64,000 nt of DNA from an uncultured Chloroflexota bacterium (GTDB taxonomy: Bacteria; Chloroflexota; UBA11872; UBA12225): positions 1,774 to 65,773 of the forward strand of contig CADCTC010000312.1 in the NCBI GenBank assembly GCA_902805635.1, in the 5' to 3' direction. The notes beneath the pieces were generated by a model, which saw only the letters and a program-made list of their open reading frames with translations, was not told the DNA's origin and did no database searches. Below, in pieces: positions 1 to 9,416 of the stretch; positions within the stretch are counted from its first letter, which is position 1, and every line of letters starts with the position of its first letter. The translations under genes were made by a program, and so were the position numbers.

Positions 1-2321
1 AGGGACAGCAGGTTGACCTCGACCAGGCCTACCGCGTCATCGCCGATGACTTCGTCTCGCTCGAAGATGGGACCGGCATCGTCCACATCGCTCCCGCCTA
101 TGGCGACCTCGAAGTTGGCCGCAAGTACGGTCTGCCCACGCTCTTCTCGGTTGACCTCGCCGGCAAGACCCTTCCGGAGTTCGAGTCACTCGGCTTCGCC
201 GGCCTCTTCTTCAAGGATGCCGATCCACTGATCACGCGCAACCTGCGCGAGCGTGGCCTGCTCTTCCGCTCCGGCCGCGTCAAGCACTCGTACCCCTTCT
301 GCTGGCGCTGCAAGACTCCCCTGCTTTACTACGCCAAGCCGAGCTGGTACATCCGCACCACGGCGCGCAAGGACGCGTTGCTGGCCAATAACGAGCAGGT
401 GCAGTGGGTGCCGCAGCATATCCAGCACGGTCGCTTCGGCAACTGGCTGGAGAACAACGTCGATTGGGCGCTCAGCCGCGAGCGCTACTGGGGCACGCCC
501 CTGCCCATCTGGGTCTGCGACGCGTGTGGCGACACCACCGTCGCGGGCTCGGTGAAGGAGATGTCTGACCGCGCCGGACGTGATCTGTCCGAGCTCGACC
601 TGCACCGCCCGTACGTGGACGACATCACATGGTCGTGCACGAAAGAGGGCTGCTCAGGCACCCAGCGCCGCATCCCGGACGTGGCCGATTGCTGGTTCGA
701 TTCGGGCGCCATGCCCATCGCCCAGTGGCACTACCCCTTTGAGCACCAGGACATCTTCCAGGCCGCCGGCAAGGCCGAGTTCATCTCCGAGGCTATCGAC
801 CAGACCCGCGGCTGGTTCTACACCCTCCACGCCCTGTCGACCCTGCTCTTCGACCGGCCTGCTTTCAGCAACGTCATCTGCCTTGGCCACATCCTGGACA
901 CCAAGGGCCAGAAGATGTCCAAGTCCCGCGGCAACGTGGTGGAGCCCGCCGATCTGTTGGAGACCTACGGCGCCGACGCGACGCGCTGGTACATGTACGC
1001 CTCCAACCCTCCCTACCAGCCGCGCCGCTTCTCTCCGGACCACGTTGGCGAGGTCCTGCGGCAGTTCATGCTGACGCTGTGGAATACCTATTCGTTCTTT
1101 ATTACCTATGCCAACCTGGACCGGTGGCAGCCGCCGGCCGGCAGTGATCCCTTGGCCGGTGTCGAGCTCCAGCCCATCGACCGCTGGGTGCTGGCCCGCC
1201 TGAACGCCCTCACACGCGACGTGACGTCGATGCTTGACGGCTACGACATCCACGGCCCCGCCAAGGAGATCGAGAAGTTCGTCGACGAGCTGTCCAACTG
1301 GTACGTCCGCCGCAACCGCCGCCGGTTCTGGAAGAGCGAGGTAGACGCCGACAAGCAGGCGGCGTTCGCCACGCTGTACACCTGCCTCACCACCGTGGCC
1401 AGGTTGGTTGCCCCGTTCATGCCGTATCTCTCGGAGGCCATCTACCGCAATCTGGTTGCGTCCCAGGACTCATCGGCAGCAGAGAGCGTCCACGTCGCTG
1501 CCTGGCCGGAGGTCAACCAGTCTCTGGTAGACGACGAGCTGCTCGCCGCTACTGCCCTTCTGTTGGAGACGGTCAGCCTGGGCCGCTCTGCCCGCCGCAC
1601 CGCTGGCCAGCGCATCCGACAGCCCCTCGCCGAGGTGGTTGTCAGTGCCCCCCGCGACCCTAAGGGCGCCGAACGCCTGCGCCGGTTCGAGGATGAGCTG
1701 CGTGACGAGCTCAACGTCAAGCAGGTCCGCTTCCTAGATGTCGGAGGCGGTCTTGTCGTCCAGCGCCTGAAGGCCAACCTGCCCGTCGTTGGCCGCCGCT
1801 ACGGCAAGCAAGTCCCGGCCTTGCGCCAGGCACTGGAGGCGCTTGTCGGGCCCGAAGCCAACGCCGCTGCCGGCGAGGTGCGAGCCGCTCGGCCTTTCGA
1901 GCTGCTGGTAGACGGCGCGACCATCCAGGTCCAGCCCGACGAGGTGCTTGTCGAGGCTAGCTCCCCGCCGGGTTACACCGTGGCTGAGTCAGACGGCCTG
2001 CTGGTCGCGCTCAACACCGAGATCTCTGCGGCGCTGCGCCTTGAGGGCCAGGCGCGCGACCTAGTGCGCTACGTCCAGGACGCTCGCAAGGCCGCCAACC
2101 TCGCCATCACCGACCGCATTGACGTCACCCTTCAGCCGTCGGCCGGGCTCGAGCTGGAATCACTGCTCCGGGCCCACGGCGAGTACGTCAAGGCCGAGAC
2201 GCTCTCCAATTCAATCTCTGTCGGACATCCTGCCGCCGGAGCGCATACTGCCGGCGCCGAACTGGACGGCGGCAGTGTCGTCGTCGGATTTTCACGGTCG
2301 CGCGAAGCGGTTCACGCGTAG
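1..2321 (+). CDS. ileS: isoleucine--tRNA ligase, C-terminal ~770 aa (5' end outside the window; codon frame begins at nt 3)
   Basis: The frame is open from the window edge (GQQVDLDQAYRV...HIAPAYGDLE...FCWRCKTPLLYYAKPSWYIRT). KMSKS loop present (GQKMSKSRGN). The ORF-track entry 378..2321 is only the Met-delimited part of the same frame. Confidence 0.9.
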   Translation, partial: GQQVDLDQAYRVIADDFVSLEDGTGIVHIAPAYGDLEVGRKYGLPTLFSVDLAGKTLPEFESLGFAGLFFKDADPLITRNLRERGLLFRSGRVKHSYPFCWRCKTPLLYYAKPSWYIRTTARKDALLANNEQVQWVPQHIQHGRFGNWLENNVDWALSRERYWGTPLPIWVCDACGDTTVAGSVKEMSDRAGRDLSELDLHRPYVDDITWSCTKEGCSGTQRRIPDVADCWFDSGAMPIAQWHYPFEHQDIFQAAGKAEFISEAIDQTRGWFYTLHALSTLLFDRPAFSNVICLGHILDTKGQKMSKSRGNVVEPADLLETYGADATRWYMYASNPPYQPRRFSPDHVGEVLRQFMLTLWNTYSFFITYANLDRWQPPAGSDPLAGVELQPIDRWVLARLNALTRDVTSMLDGYDIHGPAKEIEKFVDELSNWYVRRNRRRFWKSEVDADKQAAFATLYTCLTTVARLVAPFMPYLSEAIYRNLVASQDSSAAESVHVAAWPEVNQSLVDDELLAATALLLETVSLGRSARRTAGQRIRQPLAEVVVSAPRDPKGAERLRRFEDELRDELNVKQVRFLDVGGGLVVQRLKANLPVVGRRYGKQVPALRQALEALVGPEANAAAGEVRAARPFELLVDGATIQVQPDEVLVEASSPPGYTVAESDGLLVALNTEISAALRLEGQARDLVRYVQDARKAANLAITDRIDVTLQPSAGLELESLLRAHGEYVKAETLSNSISVGHPAAGAHTAGAELDGGSVVVGFSRSREAVHA

Positions 2322-2323
2322 TG

Positions 2324-2346
2324 GGCCTCTCCCTTTGGGAGAGGCC
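2324..2346 (+). terminator. perfect 10-bp GC-rich hairpin 3 nt after the ileS stop (no U-tract)
   Basis: ggcctctccc-ttt-gggagaggcc read directly from the sequence. It is followed by gccgagag, not a T-run, so it is only terminator-like. Confidence 0.4.
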
Positions 2347-2443
2347 GCCGAGAGCGAGGCAGGGCTGTGCGAGTACCAGCACGTAGCACTGCGGCTGCAC
2401 TCCCGAACGGCGCAGCTCGGCCGGAGCAGTTGCACGCTCCAGG

Positions 2444-2671
2444 CTAGGTGGTGCTAACCGTTCCCACTTGCGCCTGCACGTCCACCTCGGCGGCGAGCAC
2501 CAGGTGGCACGTTGGGCAATGCAGCAACGCGACATCGAAATCGCCGGAGTGGCAGCTCTCACGGTGCGCCCGCCGGTCAACCTGCGTCGGGCTCACACGC
2601 CGCAGGCACACCGGGCAGTAGTGCGCCGCAGCGGCTGCAGCCAGGTGTGGAGCGCTGGGTGAGACGATCAT
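2444..2671 (-). CDS. small (75 aa) putative zinc-ribbon protein
   Basis: Internal ATG at 2671 of ORF 2444..2839. Translation MIVSPSAPHLAAAAAAHYCPVCLRR...HCPTCHLVL has CxxC...CxxC. Third-codon positions are strongly G/C as in neighbouring genes. No clear Shine-Dalgarno sequence. Confidence 0.35.
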   Translation of the reverse strand: MIVSPSAPHLAAAAAAHYCPVCLRRVSPTQVDRRAHRESCHSGDFDVALLHCPTCHLVLAAEVDVQAQVGTVSTT

Positions 2672-2868
2672 GATTGGGAAGGGAGCGACCCTGAGGGGTC
2701 GATCTTCTACCACGGCATACGCACGTACTGTGCCGTTCGACGCAGCGCCGTTGCAGCCCAGATCCACGCCCATCCATGCGCTCCCACTCGAAGAACGGCA
2801 GCCAGTAGTGTGGGTTGCGCCAAGCGAGAACTGTGTCAACGTCGGAGGTCGGTACTCCCGTGGCTGTA

Positions 2869-4506
2869 CTAGCGACCACCGCGGCCAAGACCGGAGTCGT
2901 CCGTGCCGCGATTGTTGGACCCGCGTCCGTTGCCCGGCGCACCTCCAGCGGAAGTTGACGGCCCTTGTCCCTGGGTCCGCGCCTGCGCCGGTCTGTCGTT
3001 CTGCTGATTCGATCGGTCCCAGTTGCTAGCGTTGCCGTTGCCACTTGGCGAGACCGCAGCGTTGCCGCCGCTGTTTCCGCCTGATGAGGCGGCAGCATTG
3101 CCGGCGTTTCCGCGGCCTTCGTTGCCATCGCCGCCTGAGCGCCCTGGTCCACCAGGTTGCGGTACAACCGGCGGAGCCGGAACCGCCGTCCGCGGCGGCA
3201 CCGGCGTCGGCTGCGGTGGGCCCGGCACGCGCTCTACGGCGCGTTCTTCGCGCCGCGCCTGGCCCGGGGGAGTCCGCTCTCCGCCTGGACCGCCGTTTCC
3301 AGAAGTCGCGTTGCCGGAAGCGGTGCTTCCCGCAGCCCGGTTCTGGCTGCCCGCGCTGTCCCCGGCTCGCTCGTCAGAGCGACCGGAACCAGGGCCACTG
3401 TTCGAGCCGGAGCTTCCCGACCCAGACACACCCCCGCCATTGCCCCGGCTCGAGTTCTCAGAACTGCTGTTGCCCCGGCCAGAGTTGTCAGAGCCGCTGT
3501 TGCCCCGGTCGGGATCATCTTTGTCGTCCCGCCGATCGTCCCGCTCCTCCTGGCGATCCTCCCGCCGTTCGTCCAGGCGAGCAGCGGCTGTCGTTGCCGG
3601 CGCAGACGTAGCCAATGGCGATAGCGGCGCCGGTGTTGGGTTAACCTCGTGCTGTGCCGCCTGCGCAAGTGCTGTGGGCGCGGCCCGCCGCTCGTCCCCG
3701 CGGCTGTTGTTGCCCTGCCTCTCGGTTTCGTGCTTACGGGCGGCGCCCTGCTCAATCGCCTGCGCAATAGCAGTGCGTGCCGGGGGCGGCACCTGCTGCG
3801 TGTCGAGCAGCCGGTTGAGCGTTTCCTCACGCTGACTCTGGTTTGCGCTCAGCTGCGCTGCCACCTGGCCACGTCGTGGCTCTGCCACCTGCGCAGCTGC
3901 GCTTTCCGCCGCCGTCGCGTGTCGTTCGGCAGCCTGGATCAGTTCCACCGGCACGTCTCTGCCGCGCTCGGCGAGCAGCTGCGCCTCGGCCAGACGCCGT
4001 TGCGCCAGCTCAGACTCAAGTGCTGCGCGCGCCGCTTCGTCACCCGCCGCTCTCGCCATCGCCGCGCGCGTTTCCTCTACCGCCAGTTTCACCGAGTACA
4101 GAGGCTCACCGGGCAGCGCGTTAGCGCTCGCAACGGCGGCGCCACTTCCCGCTAGCGCAATTGCCGTGGAGGCGGCCGTCGCGGCCAGCGCCGCCGGACG
4201 CAGCGCCGGGTTCTCCAGCCAGCCGTGCCGCTCCGCGAGCTGCGCCTGCGCCGCTGCCATCACCCGCCCTCTGACGCGTGCCTTGGCCAACGACGTTTCG
4301 GCGTTTCCCGCGGCAGGCGCCAGCATGTGCGCCAACGCTGCTATCTCCAGCAGCGGGCGCAGTGAGTAGGCGTCGCTGGCGGGCAGCGCCTCGTCCAGCG
4401 CTTCTCCGCCGCGCAGCGCTGCAATTGCCGTATCGAGAGCGTCGAACAGTCCGCGCGCCGCGTCGTCCAGGTACGGCGCGCCGGACACCGGCAGCCTGCG
4501 ACTCAT
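2869..4506 (-). CDS. DUF5667-like membrane protein, probable anti-sigma/sigma-associated partner, with a long G/S/N/R/P-rich disordered C-terminal region
   Basis: Its ATG overlaps the sigma-factor stop by 4 nt (4503..4506). The N-terminal region is followed by a hydrophobic segment (AALAATAASTAIALAGSGAAVASANA) and LPGEPLYSVKLAVEETR, typical of DUF5667 as I recall it. The C-terminal ~330 aa are low complexity. Confidence 0.6.
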   Translation of the reverse strand: MSRRLPVSGAPYLDDAARGLFDALDTAIAALRGGEALDEALPASDAYSLRPLLEIAALAHMLAPAAGNAETSLAKARVRGRVMAAAQAQLAERHGWLENPALRPAALAATAASTAIALAGSGAAVASANALPGEPLYSVKLAVEETRAAMARAAGDEAARAALESELAQRRLAEAQLLAERGRDVPVELIQAAERHATAAESAAAQVAEPRRGQVAAQLSANQSQREETLNRLLDTQQVPPPARTAIAQAIEQGAARKHETERQGNNSRGDERRAAPTALAQAAQHEVNPTPAPLSPLATSAPATTAAARLDERREDRQEERDDRRDDKDDPDRGNSGSDNSGRGNSSSENSSRGNGGGVSGSGSSGSNSGPGSGRSDERAGDSAGSQNRAAGSTASGNATSGNGGPGGERTPPGQARREERAVERVPGPPQPTPVPPRTAVPAPPVVPQPGGPGRSGGDGNEGRGNAGNAAASSGGNSGGNAAVSPSGNGNASNWDRSNQQNDRPAQARTQGQGPSTSAGGAPGNGRGSNNRGTDDSGLGRGGR

Positions 4507-5078
4507 TTCAGCCCCCCACGCGCGTAGTGCCGCTGCAGGGAGGCCAGCCCCGCGTGCTGGAGCGCCTTCACGGCACCCTCGGACTTACCCATCAGGTGAG
4601 CCACCTCGGCGTTGGACAGGCGGCCCGCAAACTTGTAGGCAATCACCTGGCGCTGGAGCTCCGTCAGCCGGCTCATTGCCTCGATCAGTCCTTCTCGCGT
4701 CAAGTTTTCGTCAAGCGCTGCCTCAGGGTCAACCCCGCGGCGCTCGTCCGCCACCGGCAGCGCCTCGTCCAGCGGCTCGCTCGGCCGACGCCCTTTGCGC
4801 CGGAGCGAGTCCACCATCAGGTTATGCGCGATCCGAAATATCCACGCCTGGAAGGGAATACCCGTCCATTTGTACCCGCCCAGCGATTCGAGCGCTTTGA
4901 GGAAAACCTGGCCGGTCAGGTCTTCGGCGTCCGCCGCGCTGCCCAGCTTGAATGAGAGGTACCCGTACACCTTGTCGAAGTACCGCTCATACAACTGGCC
5001 GAAGCTCGACGGGTCGCCCGCCTGGGCGGCCCGCACCAACTCCGCATCAGCCGGCGTGACGCCGCGTTCATCTGTCAT
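4503..5078 (-). CDS. ECF-type RNA polymerase sigma-70 family factor
   Basis: 191 aa. Region 2 (GIPFQAWIFRIAHNLMVD) and region 4 helix-turn-helix (LTELQRQVIAYKFAGRLSNAEVAHLMGKSEGAVKALQHAG). Confidence 0.85.
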   Translation of the reverse strand: MTDERGVTPADAELVRAAQAGDPSSFGQLYERYFDKVYGYLSFKLGSAADAEDLTGQVFLKALESLGGYKWTGIPFQAWIFRIAHNLMVDSLRRKGRRPSEPLDEALPVADERRGVDPEAALDENLTREGLIEAMSRLTELQRQVIAYKFAGRLSNAEVAHLMGKSEGAVKALQHAGLASLQRHYARGGLK

Positions 5079-5137
5079 AACGCTAGCCCGTATATTTGGA
5101 TAGGGCTGCGCCCAAGCTTCACAGGTTTCCCCGAAAT

Positions 5138-6256
5138 ATGCGCGACTTCATAGGCAATGCGGCGGCTTCCGGATTCTTGCGTGCCGGCCTGGCAACGGGA
5201 CGCCTAGCCCATGCCTACCTTCTCACTGGTCCCGCACAGACCGGCAAGCGGACTCTGGCAAAGGCGTTCGCCGCTGCGCTGGTGTGCGAGTCCCGTCCGG
5301 CCACGCACCTGGCCAACCGCGCTCCTGATGCGCTCGGCACCGCATCATCGATGCCAACGCTTGACCTCGGGCTGGACCTGATGGCGTCTTCACCCGCGAG
5401 CGCGCCTGGTCCGTCGTATATCGAGACCGGCGGTAGCGGGCTGTGGGTGGCGGAAGTCCCCTGTGGCCGGTGCCGGGCATGCGGTTTAGTGGAGCGCGGC
5501 GCACACCCAGACGTACGGCTGACCGAGCCGGAGCCGGGCAAGCGCGGCATCGTGATCGAGCAGATCCGCCTACTGGAGCACGCTGCCGGGCTGCGGCCCT
5601 ATGAAGCTCAGCACAAGGTCTTCATCATCACCGGCATGGACCGCATTGTGGATGCGGCCGCTAACGCTCTGCTCAAGACGCTTGAGGAGCCGCCCGACGA
5701 CACCATCCTGCTCCTGACAGCCGCCGACGCATCGCAGGTGCTGCCGACTATCGCGTCGCGCTGCCAGGAGGTGCCGCTACGTGCCGTTCCGACCGGCGAG
5801 CTGGAGGCCGCGCTGCGCACGCGTGGTGCGGCGCCGCACCAGGCGACGCTGCTCAGCCGCCTGTCCGGCGGTCGGCCGGGGTGGGCGCTGGCCGCTCTGG
5901 CCGATCCCGAATTGCTGGCAGTGCGCGAGGACGAGACGGCGCGGCTGGAAACGCTTGTGGCCAGTCCGCCGGTCAGCCGCATCCCAGCCGCCGGGTCGTT
6001 TCCAGACGCGGCCAGCGCGCGCGCCGCGCTCGACGTCTGGCTGGGTTGGTGGCGCGACGCGCTGTTAGTGCGCCACGGCTGCCCGGAGCTAGTGACGAAC
6101 GTGGACCGTGTGGAGCAGCTGCAGCGTCTCGCGCCGCCGGCATGGGAGTGCTGGCAGGCCACCCGTAGGGTCCAGTCCGCCCGGGAGCAGGTGGATGCCA
6201 ACGCCAACGTCCGTCTGGCCATGGAAGCGCTGCTCCTGGACTTGCCCGCTCCTTGA
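5138..6256 (+). CDS. holB: DNA polymerase III delta-prime subunit
   Basis: HAYLLTGPAQTGKRTLAKAFAAAL (AAA+ P-loop-like), a CGRCRAC zinc module, ALLKTLEEPP, and TIASRCQ (SRC motif). ATG 5138 is preferred over the TTG at 5096 from the ORF track. Confidence 0.8.
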   Translation: MRDFIGNAAASGFLRAGLATGRLAHAYLLTGPAQTGKRTLAKAFAAALVCESRPATHLANRAPDALGTASSMPTLDLGLDLMASSPASAPGPSYIETGGSGLWVAEVPCGRCRACGLVERGAHPDVRLTEPEPGKRGIVIEQIRLLEHAAGLRPYEAQHKVFIITGMDRIVDAAANALLKTLEEPPDDTILLLTAADASQVLPTIASRCQEVPLRAVPTGELEAALRTRGAAPHQATLLSRLSGGRPGWALAALADPELLAVREDETARLETLVASPPVSRIPAAGSFPDAASARAALDVWLGWWRDALLVRHGCPELVTNVDRVEQLQRLAPPAWECWQATRRVQSAREQVDANANVRLAMEALLLDLPAP

Positions 6257-6297
6257 TAGAATCGCAGGGTTCGTCACCACAGGAGTTAAGTCGTTCC

Positions 6298-6645
6298 GTG
6301 CCCACCTACGAATACGAGTGCCAGACGTGCAAGACCCATTTCGACCGGGTCCAGAAGTTCTCTGATCCTCCCGTGACTGAATGCCCGGACTGCGGCGGCG
6401 TCGTGCGGCGGGTCTATCACGCGACCGGAGTCGTGTTCAAGGGGTCGGGTTGGTACATCACTGACAGCCGCAAGTCCACCTCTAGCGAGAGCAGCTCCAC
6501 GTCATCCTCCGCCACGTCCGGAAGTGCCGACAGTAAGTCGGACGCGAAAACCGAGACGAAAAAGAGCGAGACGAAGTCAGAATCCAAGAGCGACGGCGGA
6601 TCGAGCGCCAAGAGCGAGTCGGCGCCGGCCGCCTCGAAGTCGTAG
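6298..6645 (+). CDS. FmdB-family zinc-ribbon protein (CxxC_CxxC_SSSS) with a Ser/Lys-rich tail
   Basis: VPTYEYECQTCKTHFDRVQKFSDPPVTECPDCGG. GTG at 6298 is preceded by AGGAG at 6281..6285. Confidence 0.75.
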   Translation: MPTYEYECQTCKTHFDRVQKFSDPPVTECPDCGGVVRRVYHATGVVFKGSGWYITDSRKSTSSESSSTSSSATSGSADSKSDAKTETKKSETKSESKSDGGSSAKSESAPAASKS

Positions 6646-6657
6646 CTGGATCCGAGA

Positions 6658-8235
6658 TTGGTGGAGCGGCGGTCTGTCGAGCGCGTCCGTGGGACGCAGG
6701 ACTCCTGGCCGCCCGAAGCGCGTCCGCTGGCGGCGGTGCGTGCCCGCCTTGAAGAAAGCTTCGAGTCGTTCGGGTACGCGCGCATCGATGTGCCGGTGCT
6801 GGAACCAGCCGAGCTGCACCTGCGCAAGTCTGGCCTAGAGATCATCTCTAAGCTGTACTCCTTCGAGGACCAGGGCGGCCGGCGGCTCTGCCTGCGTCCG
6901 GAGCTCACCGCATCGGTCGTACGTGCATACATTGCCCACCCCCCCGCGCGGCTACCCGCACGCCTCTACAGCGCCGGTCCGGTCTTCCGCTACGAGCGCC
7001 CCGCCCGCGGGCGCTACCGGCAGTTCACGCAGTCCGGGGTGGAGCTGATCGGTGCTCACGGCTCCCTGGCCGACGCCGAGGCGATCTCTCTCGCCACGCA
7101 CGCCCTGGATCGGCTTGGCCTGCGTCGCTACCAGATTACAGTCGGCCACGTCGGCATCCTGGCGGATTTGCTGGCACGTCTAGGCCTGGGCGGTCGTCTG
7201 CGCAGCTTCTTGTTGGAGAGTGTCGAGGAGGCGAAGCGCCGTGGCATTTCGGCTGTGCGCGCGCGGCTGGAAGAACTGGATCCCGAGCTGTTCGAGCGCG
7301 CCGCACCGGGCGCTGCTGCCATCTCACCAGAGAGTGGGTCGACAGATGGGGCTAGCTCCAACGCGCGTGATACTGTCGGCGCGCTGCTGGGCCTCCTGGG
7401 CGGCGACGCCTTGGGCCGCCGGCGCCCGGAAGACGTGGTGGCGCGCATGACACGCAAGCTCGCCGGTGACAGCCAGGCGCAGGCGGCGGAACGCGCCCTT
7501 GCCTTCATCGAGCGGTTACGGACGTTGCGTGGCGCTCCGGCGGAAATAATGGAACGCGGACGCACTCTGCTTTCCGAGTATGGGCTGTCCGAGGAGCCCC
7601 TAGAGGCGCTCGCCGCCACGCTGCGCTACCTGGAGGACTTCGGCCTAGAAACGTCGCGCCTCGTGCTTGACCTTGGCCTGAGCCGTGGGCTCCAGTACTA
7701 CACCGGCATGGTCTTCGAGATTGACCACGCTGGCCTGGGCGCAGAAAGCCAGCTCTGCGGTGGTGGGCGCTACGACGACCTGGTGCGTGCACTCGGTGCG
7801 CGCCAGTCCGCCCCTGCGCTCGGCTTTGCCTTCGGCGTCGAGCGTGTTGCTTTGGCACTAGAGGCGGAAGGCGCGGCTGCTGCAGCGCCTTCCGCCTCCG
7901 AGACACTGGTCATCCCGGCAGCGCCGGAGCATGCCGGGGCCGCCGGGCGTATAGCCCAGGTACTTCGTGGCAAGGGTCTGCGCGTGCACCTGGACGTTTC
8001 CGCTCGCCCGCTGCGCGCGGCGCTCACGTACGCCGGCCGTGAAGGGTTCGCCGTGGCGGCCGTCGTGGGTGCTGAGGTTGCAGCCACGGATAGCGTGCGC
8101 CTGCGCGTCATGGCCACCGGCCAGGACGAGACTGTCCCCCTGGCGCTCGCGGTCGAGCGCATCGCCGAGGCAACAGTCCGCAGCATGGTGCCGGCTGCGC
8201 CACCTGCAGCAGTCGAGGTGTCGAGTGGTCGCTAA
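6658..8235 (+). CDS. hisS: histidine--tRNA ligase (class II aaRS, 525 aa; a HisZ-like paralog cannot be fully excluded)
   Basis: LRPELTASVVRAY, FRYERPARGRYRQFTQSGVELIG (motif 2), RGLQYYTGMVFEI, GGGRYDDLV. A C-terminal anticodon-binding-like domain is present (LVIPAAPEHAGAAGRIAQVLRGKGLRVHLD...). Confidence 0.7.
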   Translation: MVERRSVERVRGTQDSWPPEARPLAAVRARLEESFESFGYARIDVPVLEPAELHLRKSGLEIISKLYSFEDQGGRRLCLRPELTASVVRAYIAHPPARLPARLYSAGPVFRYERPARGRYRQFTQSGVELIGAHGSLADAEAISLATHALDRLGLRRYQITVGHVGILADLLARLGLGGRLRSFLLESVEEAKRRGISAVRARLEELDPELFERAAPGAAAISPESGSTDGASSNARDTVGALLGLLGGDALGRRRPEDVVARMTRKLAGDSQAQAAERALAFIERLRTLRGAPAEIMERGRTLLSEYGLSEEPLEALAATLRYLEDFGLETSRLVLDLGLSRGLQYYTGMVFEIDHAGLGAESQLCGGGRYDDLVRALGARQSAPALGFAFGVERVALALEAEGAAAAAPSASETLVIPAAPEHAGAAGRIAQVLRGKGLRVHLDVSARPLRAALTYAGREGFAVAAVVGAEVAATDSVRLRVMATGQDETVPLALAVERIAEATVRSMVPAAPPAAVEVSSGR

Positions 8236-8317
8236 CGGTCCAGCGCGTCAAGCCCCGGCCAACGGTGCGGCGCGCGCCGCCTTCAGGCCGACCACCGAGC
8301 GTGAGCGAGGCGACGAG

Positions 8318-9340
8318 GTGCTGCGCTTTGGCGTCCCCCGCAAGGGCAGCTGGCAGGACCAGGGGCTCGCCTTCTTGGAGAACTGCGGTCTCAAGGTACG
8401 CCGCGAAAGTGACCGGCAGCTCACCGCCAGCCTGAGCGGCGTCTCCGGAGTCACGGTCGTGCTCCAGCGCGCCGAAGACATCGTGAACCAGGTAGCCGAT
8501 GGCAAGCTAGATATCGGCCTGGCGGGCTACGACCAGGTCCGCGAGCTGCTCGGCGAAGGCAGCGAGGTCGTGATCCTGCACGATGCACTCGGGTTCTCCC
8601 TGGGTGACGTGGTGGTGGCCGTGCCGGACAGCTGGATCGACGTCACGACCCTCGCGGATCTGGCGGATGTCGCCCTGGAGCTGCGAGAGCGTGGCGACGA
8701 GCTGCGCGTCGCCACCAGCTTCCCCAACCTTGCCCGACGGTTCTTCTACGAACACGGGATCAGCCACTTCTCATTCGTGGAGCTGGCGGGCGGTGTCGAG
8801 GCCGCCCCTAACGTCGGGTTCGCGGACATCGTGGTGGACATCACCACCACCGGCACCTCCATACGCGAGAACCATCTCAAAGTGCTGCGCAACGGCGTGG
8901 TGCTGCGCTTCCAGGCCTGCCTGATCGGCAACCGGCGCGCACTAGCCACCAGCGCTGCACGGCGCGAGCCGACCCGACGCATCCTGGAGCTGATCGAGGC
9001 TCGCCTGCGCGGCCAGGCGTACTACTCAATCACTGCCAATCTGCGCGGCACGTCCGAGCAAGAGGTGGCTGCCGCGCTGATCCGTTCTCCTGCCACGCGC
9101 GGCTGGCGCGGGCCCACGGTTGCGCGCGTGTTCACAGCGGAAGCAGACGCCGGAAACGGGGCTGAAGCGTGGTTCGCCGCCACTGTCATCGCGGAAGCCG
9201 GCGATCTCCAGGCCGCGGTAGACCACCTACGCGATGTCGGCGGCTCCGGTATCTCTGTCGTGCCGCTGCGCTTTCTCTACGATGAGCGTTCCCACCGCCA
9301 CGAGGCGCTGCTGGCGGAGCTGGGCGTGTCAGCAGCGTGA
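8318..9340 (+). CDS. hisG: ATP phosphoribosyltransferase, long form with a C-terminal regulatory domain
   Basis: VLRFGVPRKGSWQD..., DIGLAGYDQV, DIVVDITTTGTSIRENHL. The C-terminal part is HisG_C-like (GWRGPTVARV...ISVVPLRFLY). GTG 8318 was chosen inside ORF 7967..9340. Confidence 0.85.
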   Translation: MLRFGVPRKGSWQDQGLAFLENCGLKVRRESDRQLTASLSGVSGVTVVLQRAEDIVNQVADGKLDIGLAGYDQVRELLGEGSEVVILHDALGFSLGDVVVAVPDSWIDVTTLADLADVALELRERGDELRVATSFPNLARRFFYEHGISHFSFVELAGGVEAAPNVGFADIVVDITTTGTSIRENHLKVLRNGVVLRFQACLIGNRRALATSAARREPTRRILELIEARLRGQAYYSITANLRGTSEQEVAAALIRSPATRGWRGPTVARVFTAEADAGNGAEAWFAATVIAEAGDLQAAVDHLRDVGGSGISVVPLRFLYDERSHRHEALLAELGVSAA

Positions 9341-9416
9341 ACGATTCCCTGCGCCGGTCACGCAGTGCTGGAGCGTGCTCGCCGCACTCAAGCTGCACCC
9401 ACCAAGGAGTAGCCTG

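Noticed and set aside
3023-3835. Multiple overlapping ORFs in several frames on both strands within 3000..4400.
   Set aside because: This is a compositional artefact of the repetitive low-complexity tail of the DUF5667-like gene. Only the minus-strand frame 2869..4506 is coupled to the sigma factor gene and has a structured N-terminus.
5079-5137. Possible autoregulatory ECF promoter (GGAAC-N16-17-CGT type) upstream of the sigma factor gene. The minus strand contains GGGAAACC.
   Set aside because: No CGT-type -10 lies at the proper spacing. The match to the -35 alone is too weak to report.
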